Assembly (NCBI GenBank): GCA_017468435.1
Contig: JAFUIP010000004.1
Location: forward strand, 18,668-82,667
DNA from: Bacteroidales bacterium
GTDB taxonomy: Bacteria; Bacteroidota; Bacteroidia; Bacteroidales; UBA1402
Direction of reading: 5' to 3'
Length of the DNA stretch: 64,000 nucleotides
The position numbers and the translations under genes are program-made. Positions within the stretch are counted from its first letter, which is position 1. Each line of letters opens with the position of its first letter. This document shows, in pieces, positions 25,868-40,045 of the stretch. The notes under the pieces are model-generated. The model worked only from the letters and a program-made list of their open reading frames with translations, had not been told where the DNA came from and made no database searches.

Positions 25868-28461
25868 TTCTTTTCTCCGAAATCGGCTTGTTGTTGAACC
25901 ACTTCTTCCAAAATTTGGTTACGGTCGAGCGAAGACATGGATGAAGCATTGGCTGTGCCGGAAGCGCTTGAAGCCGAGGCCTCTGAACTTTCGTGCATGT
26001 AGCAGGCCTTCATCGTGGCCGGGATGCTTTCAAATTCCATTTCCGTGGCGGCGGGCGCCATCTGACCTTCCCACAAAACGCGGGCTTTCACCTTGATTTT
26101 TCCGGGCGTGGTGGTAGAACGAATCAGCACGGGAGCCGAACCGAATTCCACGGCACGAGGATTGGCACCGATAGAAGCGTCACCAATGATGACACCCTCG
26201 CCTTCCACTTCGAAGAGAATATTGTCTTTGGCCATGCGACGGACATTTCCGTTGTCGTCGGTCACTTCGGCCACCACCACGATAAAGTCGCTACCATCGG
26301 CAATGAGTTGTTGGTCGGCATGCTCGATATGCAAAGAGAGTTTGGTAGAACGACGGGCTGGCATTTTCTTTTCGCTGCACACCACTTTACCATCTATGAT
26401 ACCTTCGGCCACCACGGTAACGCCTTGCCAATTTTTCTGGAAATAACTCATCTGGCGGTTTTTCCAGAAATCGTAAGCATCTTCGAAGATGACAGGCTCG
26501 TTAGGCAGATAATGCTCGTTGTGCTTCACGGCTTGCACCAAAGTATCGGTGCCGCGCAAAATCAGACGCACCGAGTCGCAGTTGCTGAACACCATGATAT
26601 CGTTGCCGAAATATGGCATGATTTCGTGCGCAATGAATACCATGGGACCGGTCTGCACCAAAGGATGCGTCGCATGGGCCGACACTTGGCTCTTGAACAT
26701 CTGATACACATATTTCTGCTGACGGAAGGCATCGCATTGTCCGCCCCAATAAGGATCGGGATGATAACCGCGCTGATGGTCGAAGGCATGCCATTGGGCA
26801 CCGCCGATGAACTGTTTCTGTCCGTAGAACATTTCTCCATACGAATGAGCCAAAGACATGGCCTGCACACGCATAGGACCTTCGCCCCAGCTACGCGACA
26901 CGCGGTTGTTGTTGTTCTGAGCGTACCAGTCGTCCACCATTTCGCCAAACTCGCGGGTAAAGATACATTGTTCCACTTTTCCCGTATCGGTGGGCCAACC
27001 ATACACCACGCCATAATGTTCGCTCACACCGGCAGAGTGCATATCGGCAACGGCCAGAGGCGCACCGGGATAAGGGAATTCATCCTTGGTGATCTGCAAA
27101 GCATTCAATGAAAAATCTTCCGGGAAACGGGTTTCGTTCAAGATAGGTTCCCACAGCAGAACGGAAGTATGGTTACGGTCGCGACGAATCATTTGCGTCA
27201 CATCGTCCAAGACATATTCGGCAAACTTGGGCGACTTATTCCAATATTGCCAACCAGGCGTGGGCACGATCATGAAAATACCCAATTCGTCGCAAGCGTC
27301 CATCCAGGCAGGGTCCTGAGGATAATGAGCCGAGCGCACGATGGTACAGCCGCCTTCGCGCAGAATCTTGGCATCGCGCCAGTGCTGAGAGTTGGGAAGC
27401 GCATTGCCCACGTAAGCGAAATCCTGATGACGATTGACACCGATAAGCTGCTGATAGGGCTTTCCGTTCAACCAGAAACCGTCTTTGCCTTTGAATTCCA
27501 CCTTGCGGATACCGGCACGCAACATACCACCGTCCAAAGCCTTCTTACCTTGCTTCAAGACCATTTTCACCTGATACAAATAAGGAGATTCGGGCGACCA
27601 CAACTGCGGATTTTTTACGGTAAACGATTGTTTTACTGTCTGATAATGACCGGCTTGCACTTTCACAGCGCTACGCAAAGTCTTGATAGCCTTGCCATCT
27701 TTGTCGCATAGAGAAGTTTCCAGCACCAAGGAACCTGCTTTGGCTGCCTTGTTGGCGATTTCCGTATCCACATAAATGGTAGCTTTCTGTTCTGAAATAT
27801 TGTCGTAATGCAAGAAAACACCGCCACCGGCCACTTCGTGACGTTCCACCACGGCATCGGTGATATATTGTTCGCCTTTGGCAATCATCCAAACATCACG
27901 ATAAATACCGCCATGATACGTGAAATCGAGGGTATATTGAGGCTTTCCGGGAGGATATGTCTTATCGTTAGAATTGTCGGCGCAAAGTGCAATGACACAG
28001 GTATCTCCGGCTTGTACGCCATAATCGTTCAAGCAAACGGCAAATGGAAGATAACCACCGAAATGTTGCAGAATGCTGTCGCCATTGAGATAGAGCGTTG
28101 CCTTTCCCATCACGGCTTCGAAATACACTTGCACGCGTTTTCCTTTCAGAGAAGGATCCACCACAAAATGTTTGCGATACCAGGCCTTTCCCTGATAATT
28201 GCGGCTACCGCTACCTTCGGCGGGAATCAATTGTACGGTATGAGGCACGCTCACCACTTCCCAGGAAGCATCGTCGAAGTCTTTGGCCTGGGCACCGGGC
28301 ACATCGCCGCGGAAGTAATGCCATCCCAAATTGAAATTGTACACATCACGTCCGCTTTCTTCGAGCGGAAACATACCGGCCACCGAATGCTTGGGCTGAT
28401 ACGCCCAGACATTGGCCATGGTCAGAAGCGCCATGAAGGCGAGAGTGAAAATTCTTTTCAT
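25864..28461 (-). CDS. Glycoside hydrolase family 2 (secreted)
   Basis: Signal peptide, GH2 sugar-binding, Ig and TIM-barrel order, acid/base WEPILNETRF and nucleophile-type FTREFGE. An atypical Ser/Ala-rich C-terminal tail (SSEASASSASGTANASSMSS) is present. Confidence 0.85.
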   Translation of the reverse strand: MKRIFTLAFMALLTMANVWAYQPKHSVAGMFPLEESGRDVYNFNLGWHYFRGDVPGAQAKDFDDASWEVVSVPHTVQLIPAEGSGSRNYQGKAWYRKHFVVDPSLKGKRVQVYFEAVMGKATLYLNGDSILQHFGGYLPFAVCLNDYGVQAGDTCVIALCADNSNDKTYPPGKPQYTLDFTYHGGIYRDVWMIAKGEQYITDAVVERHEVAGGGVFLHYDNISEQKATIYVDTEIANKAAKAGSLVLETSLCDKDGKAIKTLRSAVKVQAGHYQTVKQSFTVKNPQLWSPESPYLYQVKMVLKQGKKALDGGMLRAGIRKVEFKGKDGFWLNGKPYQQLIGVNRHQDFAYVGNALPNSQHWRDAKILREGGCTIVRSAHYPQDPAWMDACDELGIFMIVPTPGWQYWNKSPKFAEYVLDDVTQMIRRDRNHTSVLLWEPILNETRFPEDFSLNALQITKDEFPYPGAPLAVADMHSAGVSEHYGVVYGWPTDTGKVEQCIFTREFGEMVDDWYAQNNNNRVSRSWGEGPMRVQAMSLAHSYGEMFYGQKQFIGGAQWHAFDHQRGYHPDPYWGGQCDAFRQQKYVYQMFKSQVSAHATHPLVQTGPMVFIAHEIMPYFGNDIMVFSNCDSVRLILRGTDTLVQAVKHNEHYLPNEPVIFEDAYDFWKNRQMSYFQKNWQGVTVVAEGIIDGKVVCSEKKMPARRSTKLSLHIEHADQQLIADGSDFIVVVAEVTDDNGNVRRMAKDNILFEVEGEGVIIGDASIGANPRAVEFGSAPVLIRSTTTPGKIKVKARVLWEGQMAPAATEMEFESIPATMKACYMHESSEASASSASGTANASSMSSLDRNQILEEVVQQQADFGEKK

Positions 28462-28464
28462 GCT

Positions 28465-30798
28465 TTATTTCTTTTTTGTTTTCGTAATACTTTGTAATTG
28501 ACCCTGATACCACTGGGCTTCCACTACCGTTTGTCCGGGCGCGTGCAGTTTGAAATGCACATCCCAATCCTTGGGCCAAGAAGGACAAATGGCCAAACTG
28601 CCATCGAATTTTTCTTGCAACAACATTTCCTGCAAACCAATCATGGCAGAACCGCCCCAATTATGGTCGGGAGTCCAGTCGAAACCAGGGCCCCAGAAAC
28701 TCGGGAAACGATGCTGCGAATCTTGGAATTTCAAAAGCGTCAGATGCTTGGCATCGTCCGTCAAGCCCAAACAAGCGGCGAAAATATTGTACTGCTTCCA
28801 GCCCACATAAGTGCGGAATTGCTGCACATCCTCGTCGTAAAGATAGGTATTGACAGCTCTGTTTTTATCGGCCGCGGGAGAATCCATGCGATACATGCGC
28901 CAAGGCCAAACAGCGTACAATTGAGGTGCTTCGGTATTGTTGATGCGTTCCCAGGATTCGGCAGGAGCCAACATTTCTTTTCCCTTCTGTGTACGCAACG
29001 GCAAGTCCGGCAACTTCGCCTTGAATGCCTGCCAATGCGCCTTGGCCTCTTCGCTGATGTTTTCCTTGGCAAAGGCTTCGCTCAAGACGTGCAAGGCAGC
29101 CAAGGTAGAAGAAGCGTTTTTTGCCATCTTGTATGTTTCACAAGCCGAACCCGGATAGAAATTCATTTTTCCATTTTCATCGAGTACAGGTTCGCCACGT
29201 TGAAGAGCCAAGTATTCGTAATGTTCTTCGAAGAATCGCAAAGAGCTCTCTATCAAGGGATAATATGCTTCGACATCAATGCCCGCATAACGTTTGGCTT
29301 CCAATATCATAAAGCAGAATTCGAGAACGGTATCCCATTGATATTCAAGCCATTTATTATATTCCATACCAGGATCGAAACCTTCCGGACGCTTCCAGCT
29401 GTATTCACTGGGATTGGGCAAACCGAAATTTTCCATCTGTTCCGTGAAACAAGCTCCTCCATGATGCCAGTAATGACGGCTGCGCCACTCGGTATTATTC
29501 AGCAGATTCTTGTAATAATCGAACTGTGAACGCATCATGTCCACATCGCCGCTCTTCAGCATGGGAAAATAGACAAGACGTTGGTTCTGAGCCGTAAAGG
29601 TTCCCCCGCCCCAATTCCTGAAATCGGGAGAGAAATCGCGTTTATCATTGACAAAACCCGGATCGAAAGTAAACAATCCGCCATTGAACTTGGTGGGATA
29701 AGTGCCATAGGCATTGCAAGCCAGCTGATAGCGGAAAAGTTGATAATTGCGACCCACTTTCCAAGCTTCGTAAGCAGCGGAATCCATCTGATGCACAGGC
29801 GTATAGGGATTAATACAAATATAGCTTCTGTTCCAGAAATCCAACCACCAAGCCAGGTTCTTCTCTTCGTCGGCCTTTTCTTTGACAGAGGATTTCAACT
29901 TTCTGAGCGAACGCTTCCATGATTTTTCTATCTGCTTATCGGAGAGCGAGGTATCGTACTGTTGCGTATGCAAAGCCACATGCAGACGATGATGACGACG
30001 TTTGCGACAAGATTGCAATTGCCATGACTTGTAAGGACTTTGCTGATATTGGCCGCTCAAAGTATCCTTGAAACAGAAACCGCGTCCGTATAGCATCCCT
30101 CCGAAAGTCAGGCCGGCCAAAGGATTATCCAAAGAATCCTTCAGGGATTCCATGCCCTGTTGGGCCACTGTCACATCGAAAATGGTCTCGGCAGGATTCT
30201 GATGACGGAAGAAGACCTTGCCACCACGAGCTTCTATTTGGTCGGCTTTCATTTGCAAACCCTTGGGAGGCGCCCATTTGTAGGAATTGCCGAAGCTCTC
30301 GTTCTTGCGCAAAGTTCGGTCTTCGTGACGCCAAGATTCGTAAGACACTTGCAGTTTGCGGGCCTTTGAAGAATAGGTATCTATGTGAATGACAGGCTTG
30401 AAGACATCGGCCCAAATCAATACTTCCACATAATTGTCGCCCAAACCGGCCTGTACCTGCACGCGACCTTCGGGCAAATGCAAGACTTGCATAAAATCCA
30501 CACTGTCTATGGGCTGATCCAGTTGCAGACGCAGACGTCCCAATTTGAGCATGGTGTTGTTTTCGTCGAAAGTGCCGCTGCGTGAAAAATACACGAGCAA
30601 ATCGCCCTTTTCCACCCAGACATTCATTCCTATATCGCCACCTCCGCAAGGCATTGACTCACTTGAATTTTGACTTTGGGTGTTCCAGACAATATTATAG
30701 CTATCGCCGAAAACGGGTTGCGAATACTCCTCATTTGCTTGCAAAACAAAGGCCGTCAGCAAGAGAAACAAGAGGCTGATATTATTCTTATTTATCAT
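28465..30798 (-). CDS. DUF5703-like / six-hairpin (GH95-like) putative glycoside hydrolase, uncharacterised
   Basis: Signal peptide. The N-terminal block YNIVWNTQSQNSSESMPCGGGDIGMNVWVEKGDLLVYFSRSGTFDENNTMLKLGRLRL matches my memory of DUF5703_N proteins. Confidence 0.65.
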   Translation of the reverse strand: MINKNNISLLFLLLTAFVLQANEEYSQPVFGDSYNIVWNTQSQNSSESMPCGGGDIGMNVWVEKGDLLVYFSRSGTFDENNTMLKLGRLRLQLDQPIDSVDFMQVLHLPEGRVQVQAGLGDNYVEVLIWADVFKPVIHIDTYSSKARKLQVSYESWRHEDRTLRKNESFGNSYKWAPPKGLQMKADQIEARGGKVFFRHQNPAETIFDVTVAQQGMESLKDSLDNPLAGLTFGGMLYGRGFCFKDTLSGQYQQSPYKSWQLQSCRKRRHHRLHVALHTQQYDTSLSDKQIEKSWKRSLRKLKSSVKEKADEEKNLAWWLDFWNRSYICINPYTPVHQMDSAAYEAWKVGRNYQLFRYQLACNAYGTYPTKFNGGLFTFDPGFVNDKRDFSPDFRNWGGGTFTAQNQRLVYFPMLKSGDVDMMRSQFDYYKNLLNNTEWRSRHYWHHGGACFTEQMENFGLPNPSEYSWKRPEGFDPGMEYNKWLEYQWDTVLEFCFMILEAKRYAGIDVEAYYPLIESSLRFFEEHYEYLALQRGEPVLDENGKMNFYPGSACETYKMAKNASSTLAALHVLSEAFAKENISEEAKAHWQAFKAKLPDLPLRTQKGKEMLAPAESWERINNTEAPQLYAVWPWRMYRMDSPAADKNRAVNTYLYDEDVQQFRTYVGWKQYNIFAACLGLTDDAKHLTLLKFQDSQHRFPSFWGPGFDWTPDHNWGGSAMIGLQEMLLQEKFDGSLAICPSWPKDWDVHFKLHAPGQTVVEAQWYQGQLQSITKTKKK

Positions 30799-30810
30799 AA
30801 AAACAAGCTA

Positions 30811-32226
30811 TTAGAAATTTGTTCTGAAAGATGACACCGGCATACCGTTCTGTCCGAAAAGCGAAGCTTCCACGCAATTGCCGAAGGCATAACGTACAGC
30901 CACGGGCTTTTTTACCTCAGGCGCAGAGACTTCCACCAAATTGGTATTCCAACGAATATGTGCCTTGGCTGGATAGAACACACTGTCGGGACCGGCTATT
31001 TCGAAACCCGAAGGAGCGCCCAATGTCGCATCCAGGCCGCGCGGAGAACGATTGAACTTCACAATGGCCATGCTGTCTTGGAATTCCACCGATTCGTATC
31101 GCGGACTCTGCACATTGACCTTGCCATGTCCGTAGGTATTGGCCAAAGCCTGCATGGCCAAGCGTTCACCGGGAGTCTGTTTGTCGGAGGGATGAATGCC
31201 GCTGAGCATGCCAGCATCCAGAAGCACCACCATAGCTGCGTTGGGAATCATATCTTCCGCCTTCATCTGAGCCTCTCGCAACAAGGCAGAGTTAATGGGA
31301 TCCTGTCCTTTGGGCGTGATGATGGCATAATCGTAAGGCGCAATCTGACAATAATAGAAAGGAAATTCGCCGATGTTCCAATGTTGACGCCAAGAAGCCA
31401 CCATTGCCTGCATCATATCTGCGTATGTATGAGCACGATCGTAGTTGGATTCGCCCTGGTACCAAATGACACCTCTCATGGCCATTCCGAAGAAGGGATT
31501 CACCATAGCGTTATATAAAGCGGTGGGGATATTGCTGTGCATCTTGGTTTCGGGCGTCGGCATCTTCACTTCCTTGAAATTGGCCAAGGAAGCATCGTCC
31601 ATCCAGGCCTCGATGCAGGTACCGCCCCAGGCGCTGACAACCAAACCCACCGGGCAGTCCAAAGTCTGACGCAAGAAACGACCGAAATAGTAAGCCGTGG
31701 CCGAAAAATCGTGTACCGTAGCGGGCTGAGCTTCAGCCCAAGTACCCACCACATCGTCCATAGGCGTGTAAGAAACCTTGCGCTTCACCGTCATCAGACG
31801 AAGCTGGTCGTCGGCAGAAAGCATGATGTCGCGCGTGCCGTTGGTGATGGATTGTGCGGGATAACCCTTCATGGGTTGCTCCATGTTCGACTGTCCGGAA
31901 CAGAACCAGACTTCACCAATCAAAACATTGTCGAGTGTTATATTTTCTTTACCGGCTGACAGGGTGATGCTGTAAGGGCCACCGGCCACAGGCGTTTCGA
32001 GTTTTACCTTCCAAGCACCGTGTTCGTCGGCTTGCACCTTATAGGTGGCATTGTTCCAGGAGGTCTTTATTTTCAGCGCTTGATTCGCATCGGCCCATCC
32101 CCAGAAAGAAGCCTGGGTCTGTTGCTGCAAAACCATGTTATCTGAGAAAAAAGCCGGCAAGCGAATTTCGGCCTGCATGGCACAAACGATGGACAAACAG
32201 CCCATCAATGAAATGAGTTTTTTCAT
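30811..32226 (-). CDS. SASA-type (sialate O-acetylesterase-like) carbohydrate esterase
   Basis: IRLPAFFSDNMVLQQ...FWGWA...GPYSITL...VLIGEVWFCSGQSNME (GQSN Ser nucleophile block). The start overlaps the upstream stop (TAATG). Confidence 0.85.
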   Translation of the reverse strand: MKKLISLMGCLSIVCAMQAEIRLPAFFSDNMVLQQQTQASFWGWADANQALKIKTSWNNATYKVQADEHGAWKVKLETPVAGGPYSITLSAGKENITLDNVLIGEVWFCSGQSNMEQPMKGYPAQSITNGTRDIMLSADDQLRLMTVKRKVSYTPMDDVVGTWAEAQPATVHDFSATAYYFGRFLRQTLDCPVGLVVSAWGGTCIEAWMDDASLANFKEVKMPTPETKMHSNIPTALYNAMVNPFFGMAMRGVIWYQGESNYDRAHTYADMMQAMVASWRQHWNIGEFPFYYCQIAPYDYAIITPKGQDPINSALLREAQMKAEDMIPNAAMVVLLDAGMLSGIHPSDKQTPGERLAMQALANTYGHGKVNVQSPRYESVEFQDSMAIVKFNRSPRGLDATLGAPSGFEIAGPDSVFYPAKAHIRWNTNLVEVSAPEVKKPVAVRYAFGNCVEASLFGQNGMPVSSFRTNF

Positions 32227-35200
32227 TATTCTGCAATCAATTGAATATTACCAAATAGGCCCGAAGGCTGTAAATCTTCCGTTTTCAGTACTTTTCCTTC
32301 CTTATGATCCCAAAGACGACCATTGGTCCAATAATTCTCATCCTTGATGATGCCGTAGTTCACCGCCTGAGAATAATTGTACCAAGTATTGGCCAATGAG
32401 ATTTCCAAGGTATTTTTACCCTTTTTCAAAGCGTCGGTCACATCAATCAGATACGGCGATGCCCAAACAATACCGCAGTCTTTGCCATTCACCTTCACAT
32501 CGGCAATGACATTGACGTCTTCTAGTTTCAGGTAAATACGCTTGGCATTCTTCGGAGCCTTACAAGTGAAAGTGGTTTTATAATCGGCTTCGCCTGAATA
32601 ATATTTGATAGAAGCATCTTCGCTGGTACGCCAATCGAAAAGTTCCGTTTTTTTCAGTGTCTTGTCCAAGCGGGCAAAATGGATATTCCAAGGTTTGAAC
32701 TGAGACTTGAGGACCTTGGTTTCCACTTTCCAAGGAGCGGGCTCCATTGCCAAATCCTCTTGAGAGGCCACAATAAAACCAGAACCATTGACGGCCAATT
32801 CCACATGCGTTTGCAGACGGCCGTCTTTCTTTTCGGCGTCCAAACGATAGAAACGACAAGTCTGTGCATCCCAATAAGATAAAGCGGGGTAATCGCTACG
32901 CAAAAGCACATCCAAAGACTTTGCCTGACCCGACTGGTTGGAAACAAACCAAACTTGTGCATCCTTCAAATCGCGCTGCGACCAGGCAATTCTGTCTTGT
33001 ACTCGGTTTTGGGCATCGTAGAAACGAATGGCGGGTTCCAATCCATAGGCACTGAGGGTTTCTGCCTTCAAGGGAAGAATGCAGTTCTTTTCGGCTGCCG
33101 TTTGCCATACCTGACGTACCAAACTCTGATAACGAAGGTCGTAGGTAGCGCTTTCACGATGAGAAGTGAGCGCTGTAGGTTGTTGCTCGGGCAAGAACAC
33201 CGTCACACCGGCGGCTTGCAATTCGGCGATTTTTTCCAAGACTTCACGACTCATGTATGACACATCGGGCGACATGGCATGCGCCTGGGGCAGCATCAGC
33301 ACCTTGTAAGAAGCGCCGCCGGGCAAGACCATACGACCATTTTCGGCCTTGGCCAAACGAATGAGCGCATCGCGATTGATACAATCGTATTGATAACCAC
33401 GAAGCGGATCTACCCACAAATCGGCAGTCACCATATTTTTGGAAGCCACCACACCCACCGAAGTCTTATGCGTCGGCTGTTTTTTATTGGCTTGACGCTC
33501 AGCTTCCGAGGCCACTCTTTCCGAACCGAACAGACCGGGCAAAGAAGCCACCAACTGATGCGGAAGCACACTACGCGAAGGCAGATTCTCACCGGTGAAC
33601 ACCGCAATGTCTCGCATGGATTGTCCGGCCTGCAACATGGTCTGACAACGTTCTATATAATCCACCCATTCCTTGGCATAGGGCCACCAGGTTTGTGAAC
33701 CGTGCATATACAAGCCGATACCGTCCAAAGTCATGCCGGGATATTTGTCGGGGAAAGGATGCAGACAGAACACGTGGAAGAACAATTTATTCATACCAAA
33801 AGCCAAATTATAATCGCCCAAGGTTTTGAGCATGCCGGGATATTCCTTCCACAAGGCGCGAAGTTGTGTAAAACCTTCAGCCTGAACGATATTCTTTCCA
33901 TAAATATGCGCACCCGACACAGCATCGAACATATCGTTGGGTTTATCGTGCGTGGGGCTGTCGAGCCAGAATTCACCCATAGGCAGATCGGAGATGGCAT
34001 AATGACGCAAACCGTCGCTCATCATGGTAGGCGCCACACATTCCGTACTGAGCAGGCAACCATTTTCGGCTGCAAGCGCATGCAAGGTGCCAAAGAAAGC
34101 CTCGTTGGTCAAATCGCTGATAGTCTGACGAACATCGTAAAGCACGGCTTCCGAAAGCGCTGCATTTTCCAAAGGAATTCCCGCAAACAAAGGCATATAG
34201 GGCATCAGATCGTAGCCACGGCGTTTCTTGAATTCTTCGGGAAAGTTTTTGGACCAGTTCTGACTTCCGCATTCCCAACTATCGATATGCATGCGTTTCA
34301 GCACCCTATGCAACAAATCGTTGTCTATATGCTTAAATGCCGCTCCGAACCAGTTTTCGTATTGCCAACGCACGGCTTCAGGATTGAACTTATCGCATTC
34401 CAAACCTTTTCCGCCACCTGCCGTTTCGTTACGATGTCCCGTAGAAGTGTGTCCCATGCGCAAAATCAACCAATCACCCTTGGGCAATTCCAAAGATGGA
34501 ATATGGCCGTAAGGATTCATTCGGTCGGAAATATTGATAACATCCTTCAGGGCCACGCAAGCTTCGTTGGGCAAGGTCTGCTCGTCCTGACGCGGACTCA
34601 AGCGCCATACCAAAGCCGATTTTCCCTCGAAATTTTCGATGAGAGGCAAACGATTCAAAACAATTTTTTTAATAGCCAAAGTTGCTTTCCACTTGGCAGC
34701 ATCCAAATCTTCTGCACCGGGCTCGGTTCCCTCCGGCGTCCAATAAAAGCGGAAGAATTTAGCTGTCGTTTCTGGCAAAGTGTAAGTATTGGGCGCATCG
34801 GTATCCTGCCAACCTCGACGCGCCGGCTGGCATTGCTTGATATATTTAAAATGCTCTCCATCATCGCTCACGGCCACGCGCCAACGCAAAGACTGGAAGT
34901 TGGTTCCGCTGGGAAAAACCGTCATGGAAGCTGCCGTGAAAGGCTCGTCGAATTCGTACTGAACCCAAGCATCGGTGGTGCTGCGAAACTTCATGCTGCC
35001 ATCTACCAGGCCCTGCATGTCTTCGCCCGTGGAAACCGTCACCTTAGGACGAATGATTTCCGAAGTGACAGCCGACAAAGGCAATGCAAAAGCAGCGATA
35101 TCGCGATAGTAGAATTCATTGGTTTCGGGTCGGGGCAACTGCAGGTTTTTCAACAAGCCACCTTTTACCTGCGTCATGGAGTACACCACTTTCTGCATGG

Positions 35201-35612
35201 ATTGTTCGGGCTTGATCCAGGGGCCGCCGGCCAAGGCAAAGCCATCGCATATATGCATACCCATCTTCAGACCAAGACGATCGGCTTCCTGCATGGAGAA
35301 TTCCACCATTTCCCACCAGCGAGGTGTTCCCTGCAACACGCAATTATCCATGAACTGCACGCGCGAAGAGTCGCGGATGGGCATCAGATAAGTACCTTCC
35401 AAACCGATTTCTTTCATAGCTTCGAGGTCGGCGGTGATGCCTTCTTTGGTAACGGCACCATTCATCCAATACCAGAAAATCCAAGGAGAGGCTTCCTCGG
35501 TGGGCTGCTGAAAACGCTGTGCCAATTCTTTTACGTCATTAACCCTTGCTTGCAATGAAATGGACGGCAGCAAGAGCGCACACAGACATGCGAGGGAAAG
35601 TATTCTTTTCAT
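32226..35612 (-). CDS. GH106-like alpha-L-rhamnosidase family protein
   Basis: 1128 aa with a signal peptide. The N-terminal PWIFWYWMNGAVTKEGITADLEAMKEIGLEG block and the C-terminal galactose-binding-like domain (VKVNGKDCGIVWASPYLIDVTDALKKGKNTLEISLANTW) are typical of Bacteroides GH106-type enzymes. Confidence 0.7.
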   Translation of the reverse strand: MKRILSLACLCALLLPSISLQARVNDVKELAQRFQQPTEEASPWIFWYWMNGAVTKEGITADLEAMKEIGLEGTYLMPIRDSSRVQFMDNCVLQGTPRWWEMVEFSMQEADRLGLKMGMHICDGFALAGGPWIKPEQSMQKVVYSMTQVKGGLLKNLQLPRPETNEFYYRDIAAFALPLSAVTSEIIRPKVTVSTGEDMQGLVDGSMKFRSTTDAWVQYEFDEPFTAASMTVFPSGTNFQSLRWRVAVSDDGEHFKYIKQCQPARRGWQDTDAPNTYTLPETTAKFFRFYWTPEGTEPGAEDLDAAKWKATLAIKKIVLNRLPLIENFEGKSALVWRLSPRQDEQTLPNEACVALKDVINISDRMNPYGHIPSLELPKGDWLILRMGHTSTGHRNETAGGGKGLECDKFNPEAVRWQYENWFGAAFKHIDNDLLHRVLKRMHIDSWECGSQNWSKNFPEEFKKRRGYDLMPYMPLFAGIPLENAALSEAVLYDVRQTISDLTNEAFFGTLHALAAENGCLLSTECVAPTMMSDGLRHYAISDLPMGEFWLDSPTHDKPNDMFDAVSGAHIYGKNIVQAEGFTQLRALWKEYPGMLKTLGDYNLAFGMNKLFFHVFCLHPFPDKYPGMTLDGIGLYMHGSQTWWPYAKEWVDYIERCQTMLQAGQSMRDIAVFTGENLPSRSVLPHQLVASLPGLFGSERVASEAERQANKKQPTHKTSVGVVASKNMVTADLWVDPLRGYQYDCINRDALIRLAKAENGRMVLPGGASYKVLMLPQAHAMSPDVSYMSREVLEKIAELQAAGVTVFLPEQQPTALTSHRESATYDLRYQSLVRQVWQTAAEKNCILPLKAETLSAYGLEPAIRFYDAQNRVQDRIAWSQRDLKDAQVWFVSNQSGQAKSLDVLLRSDYPALSYWDAQTCRFYRLDAEKKDGRLQTHVELAVNGSGFIVASQEDLAMEPAPWKVETKVLKSQFKPWNIHFARLDKTLKKTELFDWRTSEDASIKYYSGEADYKTTFTCKAPKNAKRIYLKLEDVNVIADVKVNGKDCGIVWASPYLIDVTDALKKGKNTLEISLANTWYNYSQAVNYGIIKDENYWTNGRLWDHKEGKVLKTEDLQPSGLFGNIQLIAE

Positions 35613-35618
35613 ACGATA

Positions 35619-40036
<4,418 letters not shown>

Positions 40037-40045
40037 ATATTTACA

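Noticed and set aside
33702-35558. Very long ORFs antisense to real genes. Examples: 33702-35558 (618 aa), 46677-48704 (675 aa), 60046-61692 (548 aa), 61732-63003, 58664-59797, 45007-46314, 43291-44484, 712-1740 and 16402-17493.
   Set aside because: Each lies exactly opposite a gene with unmistakable conserved motifs (GH106, GH78, aroF, tgt, recA, pdxA and others). Their translations are low-complexity and rich in His/Arg/Phe/Ile/Gly, with no recognisable domains. The pattern is what you expect when TTA, CTA and TCA codons are rare on the sense strand, so stop codons are rare on the antisense strand. I treat them as shadow ORFs.
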